A DNA stretch of 64,000 nt from an uncultured delta proteobacterium (GTDB lineage: Bacteria; Myxococcota; Myxococcia; Myxococcales; Myxococcaceae). Where the stretch lies: positions 107,103 to 171,102 of the forward strand of contig CAVYSY010000006.1 in assembly GCA_963771175.1 (NCBI GenBank), read 5' to 3'. This document shows positions 32,779 to 44,107 of this stretch, piece after piece (the first letter of the stretch is position 1; every line of letters starts with the position of its first letter). A program made the position numbers and the translations under genes. The notes beneath the pieces were generated by a model that saw only the letters and a list, made by a program, of their open reading frames with translations, searched no databases and was not told the DNA's origin.

Positions 32779-33288
32779 ATGCGGACATCCGCTCCCCGCC
32801 GTCTCGCCAGACTCGCGCTCGTGAAGCGCTGCCTCGCCGTGGGAGCCTTCGCGCTCTCGGCCTGCACCTATCCCAAAGAGAAGCCCGCCGGGGCCCGCAT
32901 GACGTGCGCGCCGGAGACCGTGGAGCTCATGAAGAAGCTGGGCGTGGAGCCGGGCCACCAGGGCACCCTCGTCCTCGACGCCCAGCAACCGGGCGGTGCG
33001 AATGACTACGGCACCTACCACCCGGGCCCCATCACGAGCCGGCTGGAGAGCGCCCTGGGCGACCTGCCCGCGGGCACGCTCGTCGAGGGGGTGCTCTGGA
33101 TGGACCCTGAAAAAAAGGTGCGGGCCCACTACACCCAGGCCCGCACGCCCGACGGGCAGAGCCATCCGGTGTGCCTCGTGCTCGGCTCCTCGGCGCCCGG
33201 TGGCATGTATGCCGAGGCGGGCACCACGCCCCAGGTCCTCACCCTGCCCAAGAGCGCTCCCTTCATCGTCGTGACGCAATTCGAGTGA
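32779..33288 (+). CDS. Lipoprotein resembling the C-terminal domain of myxobacterial Ser/Thr kinases
   Basis: Lipobox LSAC; C...MKKLG, GDLPAGTL, HYTQA, HPVC. Confidence 0.6.
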   Translation: MRTSAPRRLARLALVKRCLAVGAFALSACTYPKEKPAGARMTCAPETVELMKKLGVEPGHQGTLVLDAQQPGGANDYGTYHPGPITSRLESALGDLPAGTLVEGVLWMDPEKKVRAHYTQARTPDGQSHPVCLVLGSSAPGGMYAEAGTTPQVLTLPKSAPFIVVTQFE

Positions 33289-33403
33289 GCCCGCCACGGA
33301 GTGGGCCGAGCGCCTCCCCCGCGGGCCAGGGGCCTGCCCGCTCCCGGAGGGGAAGGGGGCGTTCCTACCTTGGAGGACAGTGCCGACGTCCCCCGGGAGA
33401 CGC

Positions 33404-35194
33404 ATGCCCCTGCGCATCGAAGACTACGCCCTCATCGGCGACACCCAGAGCGCCGCCCTCGTCGGCCGGGACGGCTCCATCGACTGGCTCTGCCTCCCGC
33501 GCTTCGACTCGGACTCCTGCTTCGCCGCCCTCCTCGGCTCCGAGAAGCATGGACGCTGGCTGCTCGCCCCCGCCGGAGGCGTCCGCCGCGTCCAGCGCCG
33601 CTACCGCCCCGGCACCCTCGTGCTGGAGACGGACTTCGAGACGGAGGACGGCACCCTGCGCCTCATCGACTGCATGCCCCCTCGCGGCCGGGAGCCGGAC
33701 CTCGTCCGCGAGGTGGTGTGCCTGAGCGGCCACGTCCCGGTGCACCTGGAGCTCGCCATCCGCTTCGGCTACGGCAGCCGCACTCCGTGGGTGCACTGCA
33801 TCAACGGCCGCGCCACCGCCATGGCCGGCCCCGATGCCCTCACCCTCTGCGCCGACGTGCCCTTCCGCGTGGAGGACACCTCGCTGCGCGCCGGCTTCAC
33901 CCTCTCCGCCGGCCAGTGCGCCCGCTTCCTCCTCACCTGGCACCCCTCGCACGAGCCCCCGCCCGCCCCATCGACGTCTCCACCGCCGTGGAGCACACCG
34001 ACGGCGTGGTGGCGCGAGTGGTCCCAGCGCTGCACGCACGAGGGCCCCTGGCGCGACGAGGTGCTGCGCTCGCTCATCGTCCTCAAGGCCCTCACCTACT
34101 CGCCCACCGGGGGCATCGTCGCGGCGCCCACCACCTCGCTGCCCGAGGCCCTCGGCGGCGTACGCAACTGGGACTACCGCTACTGCTGGCTGCGCGACGC
34201 CACCTTCACCCTGCTCGCCCTGCTCGACGCGGGCTACCTGGAGGAGGCCCAGGCCTGGCGCGACTGGCTGTTGCGCGCCGTGGCCGGCGAGCCCGCGGAG
34301 ACGCAGATCATGTATGGCGTCGCCGGCGAGCGCCGCCTCACCGAGTTGGAGTTGCCCTGGCTCCCCGGCTACCAGGGAGCCTCGCCCGTGCGGATGGGCA
34401 ACGCGGCCGTGTGCCAGTTCCAGCTCGACGTGTTCGGCGAGGTGCTCGACTGCTTCCACCAGGCCCAGCGCGCCGGAGTGCCCAACCGCGAGGAGGAGTG
34501 GGGCCTGCAGTGCCACCTGCTCGACTTCCTGGAGTCCAACTGGGAGCGCCCCGACGAGGGCATCTGGGAGGTGCGCGGCGCGCCCCAGCACTTCACCTAC
34601 TCGAAGGTGATGGCCTGGGTGGCGGTGGATCGGGCCATCCACAGTTGCGAGCGCGTCAGGATGCAGGGAACGTTGGAGCGCTGGAACGCGCTGCGCGCGC
34701 GCATCCACGCCCAGGTGTGTGAGCGGGGCTATGACGCCGGGCGAGGCAGCTTCGTGCAGGCCTATGGGAGCCGGGAGCTGGACGCGGCGCTGCTGCTGAT
34801 TCCGCAGGTGGGCTTCCTCCCGCCGAGCGACCCACGCGTGGTGGGCACGGTGGAGGCGATTCAACGCGAGCTGTGCGAGGACGGCTTCGTGCACCGCTAC
34901 GACTCGGAGCGGACGAAGGACGGGCTGCCCCCGGGAGAGGGGACGTTCCTGGCGTGCTCATTCTGGCTGGCGGACGCGCTGACGATGCTGTGCCGGTTGG
35001 ACGAGGCGCAGGCCCTCTTCGAGCGGCTGCGCTCGCTGTGCAACGACGTGGGCCTGCTCGCCGAGGAGTACGACCCCCGCTCACGCCGACAGCTGGGCAA
35101 CTTCCCCCAGGCCTTCAGCCACGTGGCCCTCATCAACACCGCGCAGAACCTCACCTCCCCGAGCTGCCCGGTGATGGAGCGCTCGCGGGAGTAG
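33404..35194 (+). CDS. GH15 glycoside hydrolase (trehalase/glucoamylase-like)
   Basis: IEDYALIGD, RNWDYRYCWLRDA, GIWEVRG, GLLAEE, GNFPQAFSH. Confidence 0.92.
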   Translation: MPLRIEDYALIGDTQSAALVGRDGSIDWLCLPRFDSDSCFAALLGSEKHGRWLLAPAGGVRRVQRRYRPGTLVLETDFETEDGTLRLIDCMPPRGREPDLVREVVCLSGHVPVHLELAIRFGYGSRTPWVHCINGRATAMAGPDALTLCADVPFRVEDTSLRAGFTLSAGQCARFLLTWHPSHEPPPAPSTSPPPWSTPTAWWREWSQRCTHEGPWRDEVLRSLIVLKALTYSPTGGIVAAPTTSLPEALGGVRNWDYRYCWLRDATFTLLALLDAGYLEEAQAWRDWLLRAVAGEPAETQIMYGVAGERRLTELELPWLPGYQGASPVRMGNAAVCQFQLDVFGEVLDCFHQAQRAGVPNREEEWGLQCHLLDFLESNWERPDEGIWEVRGAPQHFTYSKVMAWVAVDRAIHSCERVRMQGTLERWNALRARIHAQVCERGYDAGRGSFVQAYGSRELDAALLLIPQVGFLPPSDPRVVGTVEAIQRELCEDGFVHRYDSERTKDGLPPGEGTFLACSFWLADALTMLCRLDEAQALFERLRSLCNDVGLLAEEYDPRSRRQLGNFPQAFSHVALINTAQNLTSPSCPVMERSRE

Positions 35195-35238
35195 GCGGGG
35201 CGTGACGCCACGGGGCTACATTGGAGTTGATGACGCGC

Positions 35239-35387
35239 ATGACCGACCCCGAGCACACTCCGAACAGGCTGAGACCCCGGAAGAACAGCTCGCCGAGCTC
35301 GAACAGCGGATCACGGAGCTGGACGAGAACCCCGAGGCCGGTGAGCCCTGGGAGGAAGTCAGGGCGCGTATTCTCGATTCGCTGTGA
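35239..35387 (+). pseudogene. Addiction-module antitoxin fragment
   Basis: EQLAELEQRI...ENPEAGEPWEEVRARI; no downstream toxin. Confidence 0.5.
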
Positions 35388-35456
35388 ACCGCCGCCGTTC
35401 CTCCAGGAGCGTCGCTTCTGGTCGCTCACGACCTGTTCTGTTAGGTTGTGCCCGCC

Positions 35457-36385
35457 ATGCGGAACATCTTACTTTTCCGGTCTACCCTGCTCCTTGCCCT
35501 CGTGGCATCCGTGGCTGGGGCCAGCGAGCGCGAGCCCAACGAACGGAACATCTACCTCTCGGAGCCATCCGAGCCAGGAAGCGCCGGACGTGTACGTCGT
35601 CGGCGGTATCGGAACCCTCCTCCGCATGGAGCAGCCCTGTGATGCGGCGCGCACGAGGATGTTGGACTGGGAAGGCCGCTTCGAGCCCGTGGCGTGTGTC
35701 GGCAACTCGGTGCTCGTGGTGCCACTGCGCGACATCAGGCCCGAAGACCGCTTCATGCTGCTGGTCACGCTCGCGGACGGGACGGAGCTTCCCTTCACCG
35801 TGACCTCACGGCAGAAGAACCTCAGTCGACCGGACGGGGGATCAGCAGGTCAACGTGTTCCGGGACCACGAGGCTCCGCACGCGGTGCTCGCGTCCCTGT
35901 ACGACTCGCTCGGAAGGGAGCGGGAGCTGCGAGCCAAGGTCGAGCGGCTCACGAAAGAGGACTCCGTCGACCACGCGCTCGCCGCGCTCCTGCTGAAGGG
36001 CGCCAGGGCACAGACGCCCTTCGTCGAGACCCAGAGGCGACTGGTTCGGGAAGAGAATGCGGAAGTGCTCGTCCGCCTCTTCGCGGGAAGAACGAAGGCG
36101 GCCGTCGTCTTCGACATCAAGAACCAGGATCCGAAGTACGACTGGACCTTGATGCAGGCCCGCCTGTCGAACCCGCGCACAGGGCAGTTGCGCTCCTTTG
36201 CCCTGCGCACGAATCGGGACGAAATCCCCCCGGGCGGTTCCGGGCTCGTTGTCATCGTCGCGGACAAGAACGCCTTCACCTCGACGAAGAAGGGCCTTGA
36301 GCCCCTCGTGCTCGAGCTCTTCCGCCAGGAAGACGGACTCCGGCAGGTCGCCGTTGTCCTGGATCCTCGACTGCTGCTCAAGTAG
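35457..36385 (+). CDS. DUF2381-family protein (frameshifted)
   Basis: LLRMEQPCD, EDRFMLLVTLADGTELPF, DQQVNVF, EIPPGGSG..VIVAD. Confidence 0.75.
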
Positions 36386-36397
36386 GAGCACCCAACC

Positions 36398-36886
36398 ATG
36401 CCCTCGAACAGAGCGTTGCCGCTGCCCTTCCTGGCCCTGCTCCTCGCGACCGTTGGCTGCCCGCCGGGGGGCGTGCCTTTGCGAGCGGACGGCACACCCG
36501 GACCGCAGAAGTGCCCGGAAGAAGCACTCAAGACGATGAAGCTTCTGGGGATGGTGGTGGGTGACGCAGCGGGAGTGGAGCTCGATGCGAACCAGGTCGA
36601 CGCAAGACCCATCACGCTCTATGACGGGCCTGTCGAGAGCTTCCTGGAAGATTCACTGGGCAACCTCGACCCTGGCTCACGTCTGTACGGACAGATATGG
36701 ACAGGTGGGCCACAGGTGGTCGTCCGCTACTACGAGGCACGGCCACCGCGCGGGGACATCGTGCCCATCTGTGCGGTGGCGCGGCTCGGGGGGGGGCAGA
36801 TGAGGAAGCGGCCCGAGTCCAAGCCGGGAACGGCCATCATTGAGTTCTCGAGAGCGGGGGTCTACGTCGTGGACTCGTTCCGGTGA
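36398..36886 (+). CDS. Lipoprotein resembling the kinase C-terminal domain, coupled to DUF2381
   Basis: Lipobox TVGC; CPEEALKTM, LYGQIWTGG, VPICAVAR. Confidence 0.65.
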   Translation: MPSNRALPLPFLALLLATVGCPPGGVPLRADGTPGPQKCPEEALKTMKLLGMVVGDAAGVELDANQVDARPITLYDGPVESFLEDSLGNLDPGSRLYGQIWTGGPQVVVRYYEARPPRGDIVPICAVARLGGGQMRKRPESKPGTAIIEFSRAGVYVVDSFR

Positions 36887-36961
36887 ACGGGACGCGTTCA
36901 CCGCGGCCCCCAGCCGCGCGGCGGAGTGCGTGGCAGCATTTGGAAGAGTTCCTGAGTTCCT

Positions 36962-39900
36962 CTACAGCCCCCACTTGAGTTGGATGGCCTGAATCTGCGC
37001 GGCTTCGGGGAGTCGGAGGGATTCCGCCGCGCTTCGCGCCAGATGAAGCAGGTTGGCGGCCAGATCGCGGTCTCCAGGTTGACTGCGCTGCAAGTAGAGC
37101 AGCGCCAGATGGGCGCGGCCCACCAGCAACGACCGCACGTCGCCCAGCCTCTCGTAGACGGGCAACTCCTCCTCCCTGCGAATCCTCAGCGCCTCGTCCA
37201 GCTCGCCTCGCGCCTGGAGGATGTCCGCCACCTTCCCCATCGTCACCGCCCGCGACCGCACGTCGCCCAGCCGCTCGTAGACGGGCAACTCCTCCTCCCT
37301 GCGAATCCGCAGCGCCTCGTCCAGCTCGCCTCTCGCCTGGAGGATGTCGGCCACCTTCCCCATCGTCACCGCCCGCGACCGCACGTCGCCCAGCCGCTCG
37401 AAGACGGGCAACTGCTCCTCCCTGCGAATGCGCAGCGCCTCGTCCAGCTCGCCTCGCGCCTGGAGGATGTCCGCCACCTTCCCCATCGTCACCGCCCGCG
37501 ACGCGCACGTCGCCCAGCCGCTCGTAGACGGGCAGCTCCTCCTCCCTGCGAATGCGCAGGGCCTCGTCCAGCTCGCCTCGCGCCTGGAGGATGTCGGCCA
37601 CCTTCCCCATCGTCACCGCCCGCTCGCGCACGTCGCCCAGGCGCTCGTAGACGGGCAACTCCTCCTCCCTGCGAATGCGCAGGGCCTCGTCCAGCTGCGC
37701 CTCGCGCCTGGAGGATGTCGGCCACCTTCCCCATCGTCACCGCCCGCTCGCGCACGTCGCCCAGGCGCTCGTAGACGGGCAACTCCTCCTCCCTGGCGAA
37801 TGCGCAGCGCCTCGTCCAGCTCGCCTCGCGCCTGGAGGATGTCCGCCACCTTCCCCATCGTCACCGCCCGCGCCCGCACGTCGCCCAGCCGCTCGAAGAC
37901 GGGCAACTCCTCCTCCCTGCGAATGCGCAGCGCCTCGTCCAGCTCGCCTCGCGCCTGCGAGGATGTCCGCCACCTTCCCCATCGTCACCGCCCGCGACGC
38001 GCACGTCGCCCAGCCGCTCGTAGACGGGCAACTCCTCCTCCCTGCGAATCCTCAGCGCCTCGTCCAGCTCGCCTCTCGCCTGCGAGGATGTCCGCATGCA
38101 CTCCCGCCGCCAGCGCAGCCTCCGCGGTCAGCCTGGCGACTCTGGTCCAATGTTTTCTTTTCTCGCGCTGCGGAAAGCGCTCGGTCCAGTGCTCCGCACC
38201 GCATGGCCACATTGGCGAGCGTCCAGAGAAAATTTGAACGCTGCTCCGGCTTGAGCGGAGTCCTCAGGACCCGCTCGCAGTAGCCCATCCACACTTGGAA
38301 CGGGCCACTGGTGATGGCAAACCGCGACCCGGCGCTCTCTACTCGGACCTGATCCTCTTCTGGGACTCTCGGCAGCCAGTCCACCAATGCGGCGCTGCTC
38401 TCGCGGTGGAGTCTCCCTCCAGCGCTCGCCCTGTAACCTGCTCCTGTCCCGCTGGTAACGCGGGCAATCTCTCGACGAACCACTCCGTCATCCGGGTCAG
38501 GCCCGCCGCCGACTCCGGGGACTCGCGGAGCAGTTCCGCCAGGAGGGGATGGACGCGCCAGGCATCGTCGGTCCGCTCCGTCCCGGGCACCCGGGACAGG
38601 AGCGAGAGCGAGGTCGCGGACGACAGCCAGGTCCCCGAACTCCGGTTCCGAAAGCCCCGCGATAGCTGCACCGAGGCCACGGCCAAAACCGGACAGCGGG
38701 GCATGCCCGAGCGCGGCCAGCCCCGACAGCAACTTCTCCGCGCGGGCGCCGGTGCCGAGCTGGCGGCGCAGCTCCTCCCTCGACAGCTCGAAGGTCTTGC
38801 GGATGATGGCGCGTGCCTCGTCCTTCAGAACAGCCGTGGATCGGCGGAGCTGACGGGCTCCAACTCGAAACGGCTCTCCCTCAGCTTCGCCAGGAAGCTG
38901 TCCACGGAGTGCCCAGACCTCAGGTAGCCCGCCGCCAGATGGAGGGCCAGCGGCAGGCTGCCCAGCGCGCGTACCAGCCGCATGTGGTCCTCCCGCTCTC
39001 GCTCATCCACCGGAGGACGGAACTCCCGCCGCGAGCAGCTCCAGGGCGCTCGCCTCATCGAACGTCTTCACCTCGATTCGCGTCCACCCGTCCTCGTTCC
39101 AGAATCCCTGGTAGCGGCCCGTCACGAGGGTCGGACATCCCGGAAGCGCGGTGACGAGCCGCCCCACCACCTCGGCGGCCTCGGGTGAATCGACGTTCTC
39201 CACCAGCAACAAGGAGAGCGGGCGCAGCAGTCGCTCCCGACACCGCTCCGCCATCCGCCCCCCCGCCGGAAGCTCGAGCTGGTCGCCCAGTTCACCCAGG
39301 AGCAGCTCCGTGCTGGGAAGCGCGCCGGGGTTGAGCACCAGCCGAGCAACGCCTCCCGGGAAGCTCTCCTGGTGGAGCCGCGCGAAGTGCTCGGCGAGGT
39401 ACGACTTCCCCACTCCCGGCATGCCGTTCACCGCACAGAGCGCCACGGGCCGCCGGGCATCGGGCAGGAGCGCCGCCCTCAACGCATCCAGTTCCTCGGT
39501 GCGTCCCACGAACCTCCCGGTGGGCATGGGCGGAGGTGAAACAGGGCGAGCGCCAATCCACCACGTGAGCCGCCCATCCTTCGTGCCCGCGTAGAGGCTG
39601 TTGTCATCGTGCCAATGGCCACGCTTGGACCAACCCCGGAATCGTAGGTCGTAGCGAACCGGGTGCCCCGCCCCATCGAGCCGTGCCTCGATGACATGGC
39701 AGGCGTTGGGCCACTGGTCGGCGTGATGCCCCTCATAGAGACACCCCGCGGCGAGCTGGCGCGAGGTCCGGTCCGGGTCATTCCAGGTCTCGACCGCCTC
39801 CTCATGCAGGTGACCGCGCAGCAGGAGGTCCACATGTGTCCGCGAGCATCCGCTGGCAGTCGCCCCCGTCGGCGAGGTCGCTCAGGGGATGGTGGACGAG

Positions 39901-40611
39901 AGCAAGACGGAAGCCCGACAAGGGCTCGCCCCCCTCCGTGGTCAGTCGCCCCACCTGGTCCGTGGTGAGGAGCAGCTTCCCGCTGTCATCTGTCAGCGCC
40001 CGCGAGCCACGCGGAGTCGAGGCCCACGACATGGATGTCGAACGGCTGGCCTGGGAGTCGGATCGTCTGGCGATAGCCCAGGAAGGGGTGGGGCGCCTTC
40101 TCCGCTGGAACGAGTTCCTTCCGCCCCAACTTCGTGGTCACCCACTCTCGATAGGCCCCCTGCCGGGAGAGCAACTCGTCCCGCGGCACTCCTCCAACCC
40201 GAGCGGCGGCTCGCCCCCGGCCATCCAGCGAGACAGGTCGAGCGGAGACACCCGGAAGAGCTTGCCCTTCTTGTCCTTGCTTCCCCGCAGCTCCGCCCAG
40301 GCGCTCTCGCCCTTCTTGCGGTCGATGTCGTGGTTGCCCGGGACGAGGAAGAGGCGCTCGCTGAGAAGGGAGAGCCGCTTCAGGAGCGCCTCGATGAAGT
40401 CGGTGACAGGCCCGTATTCCTCGGGCTTGCCCCAGTCGGCCACGTCGCCCGTGAAGCAGACCAGGTCGATGGGCCCGTCCTCCATCAGCGCATCGAGGTT
40501 CCGCTCCCAGGCAGTCCCCAGGACCCGCCGTCTGCGGAAGGACTCGCTCTCACGCGGTCCCCGCTCGTGCAGGTCGGAGATGTGCAGGATCCGCAGCTTC
40601 CACTCGTCCAT
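36962..40611 (-). CDS. NLR-like protein: calcineurin-like metallophosphoesterase + STAND/NB-ARC NTPase + TPRs (frameshifted)
   Basis: HISDLH, TGDVA, PGNHD, VHHP, RGHLH; FVGR, GMPGVGKS, LLLVENVD, GSLPLAL; 41-aa TPRs. Confidence 0.85.
37130..38100 (-). repeat. Eight tandem 123-bp repeats encoding TPRs
   Basis: The unit AVTMGKVADILQARGELDEALRIRREEELPVYERLGDVRSR recurs with about 123-bp period. Confidence 0.92.
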
Positions 40612-40687
40612 GAAGCCTCCGCGCCGACAGGCTCAATCTACCGGCGAACGGAGCACTTCGTCAGGGAACAGGCACGGCCCCCAATGC

Positions 40688-41276
40688 TCAAGGCCCGGGT
40701 GCTGGAGTGGACCCGGGAGCCCAGAGGAGCCCCAGCTCCAGCGGCTCGGCGTCGAACGGCTCGGCGCGGACCACTTCCTCGCCCCTGTGGCGCGCGGTGA
40801 GCTGCCAGCCCCGCGACCCCTCGGCGGTAGACCTCCAGGGAGTGGGCGCGCGGGTCCACCAGCCATGCGTGGCTCACGCCCTCCTGGTGGTAGAGGGACA
40901 GCTTGCGCCCCCGGTCCAACGTGGCAGTGGAGGGCGACAGCACCTCGCAGACCCAGTCGGGCGCGAGGTCGAAGAAAGGCTCATCCCGCTCGAGCAGCCC
41001 CGGTGCCCGATCCCGGCGCCAGCCCGCGAGGTCCGGCACCAGCACTTGCCGGCCGAAGTGCAGCTCCGGCTTGAACACGATCCACCAGCCGCCCTGCCCT
41101 CCATGTCCGACACAGAAGGCTCTCCCCAGCTTCGCCGTGAGCACCGAAGCCGCCCACGCGTGCCAGCTCGTCGGTCCTGGGAACGCCCACAGCTCGTCGT
41201 CGATGAGCTCCCCCACCCACCCCGGCGGTAATGCCTCGATGTCCTCGTAGGTGGCTGGACGCTTTCCCCGACCCAT
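40688..41276 (-). CDS. Uma2-family endonuclease-like protein
   Basis: ATYEDI, PDLAGWRR, APDWVCEVLSPST, HAWLVDP. Confidence 0.88.
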
Positions 41277-41359
41277 TTCCGCTCCTCTCCCAGGCCTTCC
41301 CGCCTGACTGCTCACATTCTACAGGACGGTCTGACGGGAAAGGTAGGGTCTGGTCCGCT

Positions 41360-42345
41360 TCAGCGCACCGCTCGCGCCAGTCCGGCCACGCCGAACACCA
41401 GTCCGCCCATGAGCGCCACGAGGCCCGCCGTCGCCGAGTAGCGCTTCCACCTCGGCGTGGGGGGCACCGGGCCCTCGGGGCCCACTCCCTCGGACATCGC
41501 GTGGAAGAGGTTGCCCTCGGTCCGGTCAACGGGCTCGTCCCTCATCTGCATCCGCGCTCCCCAGTGGCCCATGATGAACTTGCCCACCCAGGGGAGGAAC
41601 TCGTTCACCCACAGCAACAGCCGGCCCTGGAGGAACACCGGCACCACTGTCTTCCCCGGGCGCCTCGCGCACCGCACCGCCGCTCGCGCCACCAGCGTCC
41701 GTGTCGTACGTGGGCGGCACCGGCTTGGGTGCCAGGCCAAACATCGTGGGCGCGTGCGCGAACATGTTGCTCGATACCGAGGGCACCAGGATGTTCGACA
41801 CCTGGATTCCCGTCCCCATCAACTCCATCTCCAGGCTCTTCGCCCACCCCAGCGTGGCGTGCTTGCTCGCGCTGTACGCAGACAGCAGCGGCGCCGCGCC
41901 CTTCGACAGCATCGACTGGATGTTGAGGAGGTGCCCACTGCCCTGATGCCGGAAGTGCGGCAGCACCGCCCGCGCGAAGCGCATGAAGCCAAAGCAGTTG
42001 ATGTCGAAGATGCGCGTGATGTGCTCCCACGGCAGCTCGTCGAAGAGGCCAAAGGACTGCACTCCCGCGTCGTTCACCAGAGATGTCCACCCGGCCGTAG
42101 TGCGCCAGGCACTCGCGCACCACCTGCTCCACGTCCGCCTGCACCGTCACGTCCCCGGGCACCGCGATGCACTCCACTCCCCGCTCCTCCAGCTGGTGAC
42201 GCAGCTTCTCCAGCGCCTCCACCCGCCGCGCGGTGACGCACAGCTTCACCCCCTCCTCCCCCAGCCTCACCGCCGTCTGCCAGCCCACCCCGCTCGACGC
42301 CCCCGTCACGATGGCGACCTTCCCCTTCAGGTCCTGGCGAGCCAT
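41360..42345 (-). CDS. SDR oxidoreductase (frameshifted)
   Basis: VTGASSGVG, YSASK. Confidence 0.88.
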
Positions 42346-42533
42346 GTCCCCTCCCCCGCGTGAACGCCCGCCCCGCAGGATGGCAATGCCTGCCATCCCC
42401 GCCCACCTCGCCCCTCGGCCAGCCCCCGCCTGCCCGCTCGGGTCCCGTGGCGCCGGACGACTCCGGACGTCCACTGGTGAACGCCACTCGGTGGCATCTT
42501 CCTCGTGGACCCGTCAGGTCGGGTGAAAATCCA

Positions 42534-43973
42534 ATGCCTATGAGCTCGGTGCTCGATGCGGTCGTGGTGGGCGCGGGCCCCAATGGGCTCGCCGCCGCCA
42601 TCTCCCTCGCGCGCGCGGGCCGCTCGGTGCGGGTGCTCGAGGCCGGCCCCACTCCCGGTGGCGGCGCGCGCTCGGCCGAGCTCACCCTCCCCGGCTTCGT
42701 CCACGACGTCTGCTCCGCCATCCACCCGCTCGCCGCCGCCTCCCCCTTCTTCCGGCAGCTCCCGCTCGACGCCCACGGGCTGGAGTGGGTGCAGCCGGAC
42801 GCCCCGCTCGCTCACCCGCTGGACAATGGCACCGCCGCCCTCCTGGAGCGCGGCATCGAGGCCACCGCCCAGGGACTCGGGCCCGACGCCGAGCGCTATG
42901 TGACGTGGATGCGCCCCATGGTGCGCGCCTTCGACGACGTGATGGCGCAGCTCGGCGACCCGCTGCACGTGCCCCACCGCCCGATTCGACTCGCCCGCTT
43001 CGGCCTGCGCGCGATGCGCCCCGCGCGCTCGCTCGCCGAGGGTATCTTCCGCGGCCCCCTGGCACGCGCCCTCTTCGCCGGCTGCGCCGCCCACTCCTTC
43101 TCCGCCCTCGAGCGCCCCTTCACCTCCGCCTCCGGCATCCTCCTGCTCGCCTCGGGCCACGCCGTGGGCTGGCCGTTTCCCCGCGGGGGCACGCAGAAGC
43201 TCACCGATGCGCTCGTCAGCTACCTGCGCGCGCTCGGCGGCGAGGTGGTGACGGGGCACCGCGTGCACAACGTGGACGAGTTACCACGCTCGCGCGCCGT
43301 ACTGCTCGACGTGACGCCCGCGCAGGTGGTGAAGCTCGCCGGCCACCGGCTGCCCCCGGACTACGTGGAGAAGCTCCGGCGCTTCCGCTACGGGCCCGGC
43401 GTCTTCAAGGTGGACTGGGCCCTCTCCGGCCCCATTCCGTGGCGCGCCGCCGGGTGCGCCCGCGCCGGCACCGTGCACCTCGGAGGCTCGCTGGAGGAGA
43501 TTTCCGCCAGCGAGGCCGCGATTGCCCGCGGCGAGGCCCCCGAGCGTCCGTATGTCCTCCTGGCCCAGCACACGCTGTTCGATGACAGCCGCGCCCCCTC
43601 GGGCCAGCACACCGGGTGGGCCTACTGCCATGTGCCCAATGGCTCCACCGTGGACATGACGGAGCGGATTGAAGCCCAGGTCGAGCGCTACGCCCCCGGC
43701 TTCCGCGAGCGCATCCTCGCCCGGCACACGCGCTCGCCCGAGCAGTACGAGGCCTACAACGCCAACTGCATCGGCGGGGACATCTCCGGCGGCTCGATGG
43801 AAGGGCTGCAATTGCTGGCACGCCCCGTGGCGCGCCTTGTCCCATACGCCACGCCGGACCCACGCCTCTACCTCTGCTCCTCCTCCACCCCGCCCATGCC
43901 CGGGGTGCATGGGCTGTGTGGCTTCCTCGCCGCGCGGGCCCTGCTCGCCAGCGAGGTGTGGCGCAAGGGCTGA
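42534..43973 (+). CDS. Phytoene desaturase-like FAD-dependent oxidoreductase
   Basis: VVGAGPNGL, HDVCSAIHP, CSSSTPPMPGVHG. Confidence 0.88.
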   Translation: MPMSSVLDAVVVGAGPNGLAAAISLARAGRSVRVLEAGPTPGGGARSAELTLPGFVHDVCSAIHPLAAASPFFRQLPLDAHGLEWVQPDAPLAHPLDNGTAALLERGIEATAQGLGPDAERYVTWMRPMVRAFDDVMAQLGDPLHVPHRPIRLARFGLRAMRPARSLAEGIFRGPLARALFAGCAAHSFSALERPFTSASGILLLASGHAVGWPFPRGGTQKLTDALVSYLRALGGEVVTGHRVHNVDELPRSRAVLLDVTPAQVVKLAGHRLPPDYVEKLRRFRYGPGVFKVDWALSGPIPWRAAGCARAGTVHLGGSLEEISASEAAIARGEAPERPYVLLAQHTLFDDSRAPSGQHTGWAYCHVPNGSTVDMTERIEAQVERYAPGFRERILARHTRSPEQYEAYNANCIGGDISGGSMEGLQLLARPVARLVPYATPDPRLYLCSSSTPPMPGVHGLCGFLAARALLASEVWRKG

Positions 43974-44107
43974 GTCCTGTCAGGAAATCCCTCGGTCCTC
44001 GTCATCGCCACGTGGGACTCGAGGGAATGGATGCGGCTCGCGCGGATGCCCTGATGGATAAAGAAGCTCGAGCTGACGAGCATAGGGGAGCTCGATGCGT
44101 GGGTGGG

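Noticed and set aside
33950..34010. Programmed frameshifting in GH15 and other genes
   Set aside because: The indels compensate each other and lack slippery sites, which is consistent with read errors.
37130..38100. CRISPR or non-coding satellite
   Set aside because: The 123-bp unit is 41 codons and encodes TPRs within a gene.
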